Positions 57,911 through 64,000 of a stretch of 64,000 nt of DNA are shown piece after piece. The notes under the pieces were generated by a model that worked only from the letters and a program-made list of their open reading frames with translations, searched no databases and was not told where the DNA came from. The stretch comes from Candidatus Acutalibacter pullicola (lineage in GTDB: Bacteria > Bacillota > Clostridia > Oscillospirales > Acutalibacteraceae). The DNA lies in NCBI GenBank assembly GCA_019320095.1, contig DWXG01000004.1, positions 11,678-75,677 on the forward strand, read 5' to 3'. Numbering within the stretch: the stretch's first letter is position 1; every line of letters begins with the position of its first letter. The position numbers were made by a program, and so were the translations under genes.

Positions 57911-58408
57911 ATGGAAAGAGACGCACGCAAACTGCGGAAACTCCCTCTCGTCCTTCTGGCAGGATTGCTCCTGCTCTGCCTGGGCCTATACGGCTTTCTG
58001 TATTACTTTGGGTCTCCCCTGCTTCCCGGCAGCTTAGAACGGCGTTACGCCGGCCAAGTGGAGGCCCATCAGGAGGAACTTTTCCAGGTTGCCCAAGCAG
58101 CCCTGCAAACCGGCAAGGCCCCGGAAGAGCTGCCTCTGCCTGGCACCGTAAAGCAGGTGGAACTCTGGAACTACTCCGTCACCGCCCCAGAGGCGGGAGC
58201 CGTGGCCTTTTTCTGCCAGGGCTGGGGCCTGACGCCTTCCGCCAGTTACTACGGCTTTTACTACGCTCCCAAAGGGCCTGTGGCTTTTCAAGGGGTGGAT
58301 GTTCCCTTAAGGCCTCAGGGACACGGCTACACTTGGGAGCAGGAGGACAACCGGGGATACACCTGCCCCTTGGGCGGCGGTTTTTACTACTATGAAGCCC
58401 ATTTCTAA
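57911..58408 (+). CDS. hypothetical membrane-anchored protein
   Basis: AGGAGGT RBS; N-terminal TM helix; Tyr/Gly-rich C-terminal domain (YYGFYY). Confidence 0.7.
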   Translation: MERDARKLRKLPLVLLAGLLLLCLGLYGFLYYFGSPLLPGSLERRYAGQVEAHQEELFQVAQAALQTGKAPEELPLPGTVKQVELWNYSVTAPEAGAVAFFCQGWGLTPSASYYGFYYAPKGPVAFQGVDVPLRPQGHGYTWEQEDNRGYTCPLGGGFYYYEAHF

Positions 58409-58420
58409 GGAGAGAATTCT

Positions 58421-59032
58421 GTGAATCACAAAGAACGCATGCTGGCCGGACTTCCCTTTAAGCCTTGGGAAGACGGCCTCTCAGAAGAGCGGATGGCCTG
58501 CCAGCAGCGCCTGGCGCGGTACAACACCCTGCCCCCGGAAGACCGGACCGCTGCGTCCGCGCTGCTCCGGGAGATCTTGGGGGATATGGGAGAGACGGCC
58601 CGCATCGTCCCTCCCTTTTACTGCGACTACGGGAAAAATATCCGGGTGGGGGAAAATTTCTTCGCCAACTTTCACTTCACGGTGCTGGACTCCGCCCCGG
58701 TGGTCATTGGAAAAAACGCCCAAATTGCTCCCAACGTGTCCATTTACACAGCGGGACACCCCCTTCATCCAGACACCCGGGCCACAGGGATGGAATACGG
58801 CCTCCCTGTCACTGTGGGGGACAATGTGTGGCTGGGAGGCAATGTGGTGCTCTGCCCGGGCGTGACCATTGGAGACAACGTGGTCATTGGAGCCGGCAGC
58901 GTGGTCACCAGGGACATTCCCTCCTGGACGGTGGCGGCAGGCAATCCCTGCCGGGTGCTCCGGTCCATCACAGAGGAGGACCGGGCCTTCTACTGCAAAA
59001 ACCGCCCCTTTGACCTGGACCCCTTTCTGTAA
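58421..59032 (+). CDS. maa: sugar (maltose/galactoside) O-acetyltransferase
   Basis: PF.CDYG.NI, hexapeptide repeats, AGHP, GAGSVVT.DIP, GNPCRV. Confidence 0.88.
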   Translation: MNHKERMLAGLPFKPWEDGLSEERMACQQRLARYNTLPPEDRTAASALLREILGDMGETARIVPPFYCDYGKNIRVGENFFANFHFTVLDSAPVVIGKNAQIAPNVSIYTAGHPLHPDTRATGMEYGLPVTVGDNVWLGGNVVLCPGVTIGDNVVIGAGSVVTRDIPSWTVAAGNPCRVLRSITEEDRAFYCKNRPFDLDPFL

Positions 59033-59178
59033 AAAAAGGGGGGATTACCGCCCTGGCTCACGGCCAGCTCCCCCTCCGCAAAGAAACAGCCGGCACCTGC
59101 GGGAAACTTCCCGGTGTGCCGGCCGTTTTGCGCCTGCGCCTCTCCTGGGCCCAGACCTTTTGGGGGGACAAACCTCTT

Positions 59179-59526
59179 TTAGAAATTGCCGCCGTTCCAG
59201 CCCCAATCCGGAGAGGCCAGATAGCGCACATACAAGTTTTTCGGGTCCACCCCCAGCTCCTGCTGGAACAGGGCGCAGATCTCCTCTGTCATCTTCTGGG
59301 AGCCGGCTGCATCCACCTGGTCCCCAAAGATTTTGACTTCTACCATCGCCAGCGGCTGGTCCGATTTTCCTCCAAACCACATGCGGCACTGGTCTTCCAA
59401 CGTGATCATGAGCCAATCCTCGGTTTTTTCCGGCAAATAGGCGATCATCTGGCCGAAGCGGCTTTTCAGGGTTTGCGACGTCTCTTCCGAGACAGGAACA
59501 TTGGTTTTTATCTGTACGCAGGGCAT
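59179..59526 (-). CDS. MIF / phenylpyruvate tautomerase-like protein
   Basis: N-terminal Met-Pro; C-terminal WGWNG.NF; AAGGAGG RBS. Confidence 0.85.
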   Translation of the reverse strand: MPCVQIKTNVPVSEETSQTLKSRFGQMIAYLPEKTEDWLMITLEDQCRMWFGGKSDQPLAMVEVKIFGDQVDAAGSQKMTEEICALFQQELGVDPKNLYVRYLASPDWGWNGGNF

Positions 59527-59650
59527 ATTTGAAAACCTCCTTGTCCGGCCTGGCGCACAGGGCCAGGCTCTGGAACTTTTCTTTAAAATATAGTATAATC
59601 TTTTTCGTAAGATTTGTGTAGAAGCAATGGAAAGAAATGAGTGGGTCGTC

Positions 59651-60853
59651 ATGAAAATCACCCAAACAAAGGACATCCGAACTTCCAATCGCTGGGAAAT
59701 CATGAAGCAGGTGCTGTGCCGCTATCCCATCAGCCGGGCGGACATCTGCCGCCAGACGGGCCTGAATAAGGCCACCGTCTCCACCATTGTCAAAGAGTGG
59801 ATTGAGAAAGGGCTGTTGGCAGAGACCGAGCTGGGAAAATCCGAGGGAGGGCGCAAGCCCATTTTGCTGCAGCCTCTGCACCAGGCCGGCGCCGTGCTGG
59901 CTTTGGATATTGACATCCGCCAGGTGCAGGCCATTCTGACCGATCTCTCTGGGGAAACGGTGCTGGGCAGAGAGCAGTTTCCCACCTGCGGGGAGGGCTT
60001 CCCCCCCGTGTACCAGCGGCTGTGCCAAACGGTGGACAAACTCCTGGCCGGAATGCCTTCCTCCCCTTACGGGTTGGTGGGCATCGGGGTGGCGGTTCAC
60101 GGGGTGGTAGACCTCTCCGGCATGATTCGGTTTATTCCCCGGCTGGGCTGGCGCAACATCGACCTGCGCTCCCTGCTGGAAGAACGGTATCGGGTGCCGG
60201 TCTCTCTGGACAACGACGGCAACCTGGCCGCCTTGGCCCAGCAGAATCTGGAACAGGCTTCCCAGCATCCAGCCGAAGGAGAAGAAGAGGCTGCCCAGGA
60301 AAGCTTGGCCGTGGTTACCGTGGGAGATTCCATCTCCACAGGCTTGATCACCCACGGGGAAGTCTTTCGCGGCTACCACGGTTTTGCCAACGCCATTGGC
60401 CACCACACCATCAACCTGGACGAGCCTGTGCAATGTTCCTGCGGCAAGTACGGCTGCTGGGAGCAATACTGTTCCGACGGGGCTGTCATCGCCTACGCCA
60501 ACTCCGTGCTGCCCCAGCCGATTTCCTCCTTGCAGGAGCTGATCGCCCTCATTCGCCATCAGGATCCTCTGGCAAAGCAAGTCATGGACCGCTTTATCAC
60601 CTACTTGGCAGTGGGGCTGACCAACCTGATCTTCATCTTTGACTGTCAATCCATCGCCATCAGCTCGGAGTTGCTTTCCGCGCTGCCCTATTACCTGCCG
60701 GAAGTCATGAGCAAAATGGTGCTGCCCATCACCCACGTGGAGCAAGTGACCCTCACACAGCTGGGAAAACAGGGAGCGATTCTTGGGGCGGCCCGGCAGG
60801 CTGTGTTTCAATTCTTTCGGGACACAGCCCACGCTATGGAGCCCAGCCCATAA
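59651..60853 (+). CDS. ROK family transcriptional regulator
   Basis: ISRAD..R.TGL.KATVS HTH, GGRKP, ND.N.AA, GH...CSCG..GCWE. Confidence 0.9.
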   Translation: MKITQTKDIRTSNRWEIMKQVLCRYPISRADICRQTGLNKATVSTIVKEWIEKGLLAETELGKSEGGRKPILLQPLHQAGAVLALDIDIRQVQAILTDLSGETVLGREQFPTCGEGFPPVYQRLCQTVDKLLAGMPSSPYGLVGIGVAVHGVVDLSGMIRFIPRLGWRNIDLRSLLEERYRVPVSLDNDGNLAALAQQNLEQASQHPAEGEEEAAQESLAVVTVGDSISTGLITHGEVFRGYHGFANAIGHHTINLDEPVQCSCGKYGCWEQYCSDGAVIAYANSVLPQPISSLQELIALIRHQDPLAKQVMDRFITYLAVGLTNLIFIFDCQSIAISSELLSALPYYLPEVMSKMVLPITHVEQVTLTQLGKQGAILGAARQAVFQFFRDTAHAMEPSP

Positions 60854-60866
60854 AAATCCGGAAGCA

Positions 60867-60901
60867 AAAGGGGGTTGTTGCCTGATGCAACAACCCCCTT
60901 T
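60867..60901. terminator. bidirectional terminator
   Basis: AAAGGGGGTTGTTGC-5-GCAACAACCCCCTTT. Confidence 0.85.
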
Positions 60902-60943
60902 GTATGGATAGATCCCGCCCGTGCAAGCTGGGGATTGCAGCAC

Positions 60944-61894
60944 TCAATCGTAGAGCAGCTTGTGGCGGAGATAGAAGAAGTGGTCGCTGTGCGTGTGGAT
61001 GGAAAGCATCCGGGTGTGGGGATGGTCCTCACTGGTGAACTCCTTGCCAAACTTGCCAATGGTCAGAGCCTGGCCCCCCACATAGAGGCAGGAGTAATTG
61101 AAGAACAGCTCGTCCATCATTTTTTGGGAAACCAGGTAGTGCATGTAGGAAGGGGTCTCCACCAGCAGACGGTCGATGCCAAATTTCTTCAGCACATACA
61201 AGGCCACCTTGGAGTCGGGGGCCGTGTCGCCGGTACCGATCACCAGCACCTTGTCTGCATGCTCCTGCATGCCCTGGATAAGCTCCTCGGTCACGGCTTC
61301 CCTAGAGGGAGCGTCCACAAAGTAGGCGTCGTTTTGCAGGTTCTCCTTCACCAGCTCCACACCCTTGCGGGAGGTAGAGATCATCACAGGCACCTCAGGG
61401 CTGTTAAAGAGAACGTGGTCGAAGGGAATATCCGTGGCGTCCAGGGAGGTGATGATGTTCCAGGGCACCGGGTTCTTGCCGTTTTCCACGCGCATGTCCT
61501 CCAGATCCTGGTCGAACACATGGCAGGTGTAGTCACTTTCGGCCTGCATGGTGCCGGCGCCCAGCATGACCCCATCGGAGACGGACCGGAGCATATTCAA
61601 GATGAACCAGTCCGTGTCGGCTCCGGCGGGGTCATATTTGTTTTTCTTGGCAATCAGGGGACCTTGGGGGGCGTCGGTAAAGGCAATGCGCCCGTCAATG
61701 GAGGTCACCAAAGAGGTGTAGGTGCAGGGCCGGTCCTGGTGGAGCTCCAAAAACTTCAAGTCGCCGTAGATCTCCTGGATCTTGGGGCAGCTCATGGTTT
61801 CCACCTGGCAGTGGGACAGTTCCGGACTTTCGTAGATGCGCCGGACCTGCAGCCGCTCCGGGTCAAAGGGCATTTTGAACAGGGAAGTAGCCAT
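60944..61894 (-). CDS. RibD C-terminal / DHFR-fold reductase-like protein
   Basis: VTSIDGRIA, LR..SDGV.LGAGT, LLVE, MDEL. Confidence 0.75.
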   Translation of the reverse strand: MATSLFKMPFDPERLQVRRIYESPELSHCQVETMSCPKIQEIYGDLKFLELHQDRPCTYTSLVTSIDGRIAFTDAPQGPLIAKKNKYDPAGADTDWFILNMLRSVSDGVMLGAGTMQAESDYTCHVFDQDLEDMRVENGKNPVPWNIITSLDATDIPFDHVLFNSPEVPVMISTSRKGVELVKENLQNDAYFVDAPSREAVTEELIQGMQEHADKVLVIGTGDTAPDSKVALYVLKKFGIDRLLVETPSYMHYLVSQKMMDELFFNYSCLYVGGQALTIGKFGKEFTSEDHPHTRMLSIHTHSDHFFYLRHKLLYD

Positions 61895-61906
61895 GGTGTC
61901 CCTCCC

Positions 61907-62638
61907 TTAGATCAGGCTGCCGCCGCAGACGTGCAGGATTTCGCCGGTGATAAAGCCCGCCTCGCTGCTGGAGAGGAACTTCACGGCGTTGGCCATGTCG
62001 GACACCTTCCCCATTTTGTGCAGGGGGTACAGGGAAGCGTAGGACTCCTCCAGGGCGGCGGGGTCTTCGGCCTCCTCAAAGCGCTGTTCAATCATGGGGG
62101 TGCGCACCAAACCGGGCAGCACGCAGTTGACCCGCACCTTGGGGGCGTACTCCAGGGCGATGCACTTGGTCAGCATAATGACCCCTGCCTTAGAGGGGCA
62201 GTAGCCGATGCGCTCCGGGATGGGCCGCACGCCCAGGTCGGAACCGATGGTGACAATGGAGGGGTCCTGGCTCTTGACCAGCTCCTGCACAGCGGCCTTG
62301 CACATGTTGAACACGCCGCCCAGGTTGATGGAGATCTCCCGCATAAAGCTGTCGTAGGTGGTGCTCTCCAGAGAGCCAATGAAGGTGACGCCGGCGCAGC
62401 ACACCAGCTTATCCACCTGGCCGAAGGCCTCCACAGCCTTGTCCACCACGTTCTGGGCCTGGCTGGGGTCGGTCAGGTCGGCCTGCACGTAGATGGCATG
62501 TTCGCTTTCGATCCGCATGGCGGGCTCAATGCCGCAGCCCACCAGGCGGGCGCCCTCTTCCAAGAACATTTTGGCCACGCCCTCGCCGATGCCGGAGCTG
62601 GCGCCGGTGACGATGACCACTTGATTTTCAAATTTCAT
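61907..62638 (-). CDS. short-chain dehydrogenase/reductase
   Basis: TGASSGIG, YCPSK (YxxxK), VN.V.PG, ITG. Confidence 0.9.
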   Translation of the reverse strand: MKFENQVVIVTGASSGIGEGVAKMFLEEGARLVGCGIEPAMRIESEHAIYVQADLTDPSQAQNVVDKAVEAFGQVDKLVCCAGVTFIGSLESTTYDSFMREISINLGGVFNMCKAAVQELVKSQDPSIVTIGSDLGVRPIPERIGYCPSKAGVIMLTKCIALEYAPKVRVNCVLPGLVRTPMIEQRFEEAEDPAALEESYASLYPLHKMGKVSDMANAVKFLSSSEAGFITGEILHVCGGSLI

Positions 62639-62663
62639 GACAGACAAGTCCTTTCCTTAAAGT

Positions 62664-63044
62664 TTAGATGCGCTCAAAGCGGCTGTAACGGTGGATGCCG
62701 AAATTCTCCTCGTTCTGGATGCAGCGGGTCAGCTTATACGGATGCTGGAACTTGGACTCAAACCGGGCGATAAACTGGGCCTGCAGGTCGGGATCGTCCA
62801 CCTTCTTCCAGCTCTCAATGCTCTCCCACACAAAGATGAAGTGCATCTCTCCGGGCTTGTTGTCGTTGAGCCACACTTCCTTGTACAGGAAGGGAATGTG
62901 GTCGAACAGGTCGGTCTCCGCCTCGCCCAGGGTCCAGACCTCATGGTCCACATCCAGAAACTCCTGGACATGTTCGGGAGCGGTTTCAAAAATCAGGTGC
63001 TCTACAGGGTAGTGCTCGTTTTTCACATAGGTATAGCCTTGCAT
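62664..63044 (-). CDS. dimeric alpha/beta-barrel (ABM-like) hypothetical protein
   Basis: F...D..VWT, KEVW, W.S...W pattern; AGGAGG RBS. Confidence 0.6.
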   Translation of the reverse strand: MQGYTYVKNEHYPVEHLIFETAPEHVQEFLDVDHEVWTLGEAETDLFDHIPFLYKEVWLNDNKPGEMHFIFVWESIESWKKVDDPDLQAQFIARFESKFQHPYKLTRCIQNEENFGIHRYSRFERI

Positions 63045-63224
63045 GAGAATATCCTCCTATTTTTTGTTTTTCTATGGGAAGGGAAAGGGCGGGGATGCCG
63101 TTCTATTCCCCCGTTTTGCGTTCTGATTGGGACTCTCCAGGTTCCGGCCGGGGCTACGGGCTATCCGCCTGAGGCGGCGTGCGCCCTTGCCCCTGGTTTT
63201 CTTTTCGGCTGCGCCGGGGCAAGG

Positions 63225-63297
63225 TCGTGGGACGCTGTCCCACACCCTGCAAGCCTTTTGAAAAAGGCTTGAGCGAAAACTTTACGCCGCTTTGCGG
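63225..63297 (+). repeat. dispersed palindromic intergenic repeat
   Basis: GGGACGCTGTCCC hairpin, CAAGCCTTTT-GA-AAAAGGCTTG hairpin, then GCGAAAACTTTACG. Confidence 0.6.
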
Positions 63298-63299
63298 TG

Positions 63300-63863
63300 T
63301 TACTTCTGGGCAGCCTTCATCTTCTCCGCCAGCTCCACCACCTGCTGGGCAATGTCCGGGCGGGTTTCCAGGGAGTCGCGGTCCGAGTTGGGCAGGCACA
63401 CCTGGCCCAGGCACTCGGTGCTCAAGTCGTTGAGCAGGTTTTTCAGCACCAGCTCGCCGCCCAAAAACTGGTTGGGGAAGCTGGGCGCGCCGCCCACCAT
63501 AAGGATGGCGCCTTTGCGCAGGGGTTTCTCCGGCATATCGTTCCGGACGTGGCCGGCCCAGTACACCTGGAACCGGTCGATCAAGGTTTTCATTTTGCCG
63601 GTGATGGAGTGGAAATACATGGGAGAGGCCAGCACCACATTGTCGGCCTCCTCCAGCAGCTGGTAGATCTCCTCCATGCCGTCGTGGATAGAGCAGCCCT
63701 TCTTGTGCCAGCAGTACCGGCAGTCCTTGCAAGGGGCGATATTCTCCGCCCGGTAGGCGTCGATGACCGTGTACTCGCCGCCCAAGGTGCCCAGAAACAG
63801 CTGCACCATCTGATTGGTGTGCCCGTTTTTCCGGGCAGCGCCGGTGATGACTAAAGTCTTCAT
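63300..63863 (-). CDS. iron-sulfur flavoprotein / NADPH-dependent FMN reductase family
   Basis: G.ARKNG.T, CKDCRYC...C, ASP.YF, K..IDR. Confidence 0.85.
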   Translation of the reverse strand: MKTLVITGAARKNGHTNQMVQLFLGTLGGEYTVIDAYRAENIAPCKDCRYCWHKKGCSIHDGMEEIYQLLEEADNVVLASPMYFHSITGKMKTLIDRFQVYWAGHVRNDMPEKPLRKGAILMVGGAPSFPNQFLGGELVLKNLLNDLSTECLGQVCLPNSDRDSLETRPDIAQQVVELAEKMKAAQK

Positions 63864-63881
63864 AGGAACATTCCTCCGAAA

Positions 63882-64000
63882 TTATTCTTGTTTGGCCGCT
63901 TCCAAAGCCGCGGCTTTTTCCGCCTCCAGGTCCGCCAGATGGGCCTTCTGGTTGAACTTGAGGAAGTGCAGCACCAAGAAGGCTACAATCAGCACGCAAT
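63882..64000 (-). CDS. 3' end of a membrane protein entering from the right edge
   Basis: frame reads CVLIVAFLVLHFLKFNQKAHLADLEAEKAAALEAAKQE* and ends just before the flavoprotein RBS. Confidence 0.6.
   Translation of the reverse strand, partial: CVLIVAFLVLHFLKFNQKAHLADLEAEKAAALEAAKQE

Overview
GC-rich chromosomal window from a Bacillota/Clostridia genome, probably Oscillospiraceae-like (judged from sigmaA promoters, AGGAG ribosome-binding sites, rnfCDGEAB gene order and a fused PurL). It is mostly core and metabolic. Recognisable genes are typA, a complete Rnf operon, three MATE transporters, a GH2 beta-galactosidase, purC, alr, purL, glgB, rbsK, sdaA, xpaC-telA-lemA-TPM, SPFH plus an Arc-like regulator, rarA, tRNA-Val(GAC) and tRNA-Pro(TGG). 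I see no integrase, transposase, phage or cas genes. The most unusual elements are: (1) three ~137-bp tandem repeats upstream of alr, each a degenerate copy of the alr translation start with a hairpin and a uORF; (2) a chain of five genes joined by 4-nt overlaps (alr, an MFS-like protein, two small single-TM peptides sharing LLD[VL]V, and a 4-TM protein) placed between purL and purC; (3) a ~270-nt highly structured leader upstream of a GT2 gene that matches no riboswitch I recognise; (4) a DEDDh exonuclease/Zn-ribbon/PgeF fusion; and (5) a double GT-C glycosyltransferase fusion and an uncharacterised redox cluster at the right end. Family calls come from motif recognition only; no searches were run.
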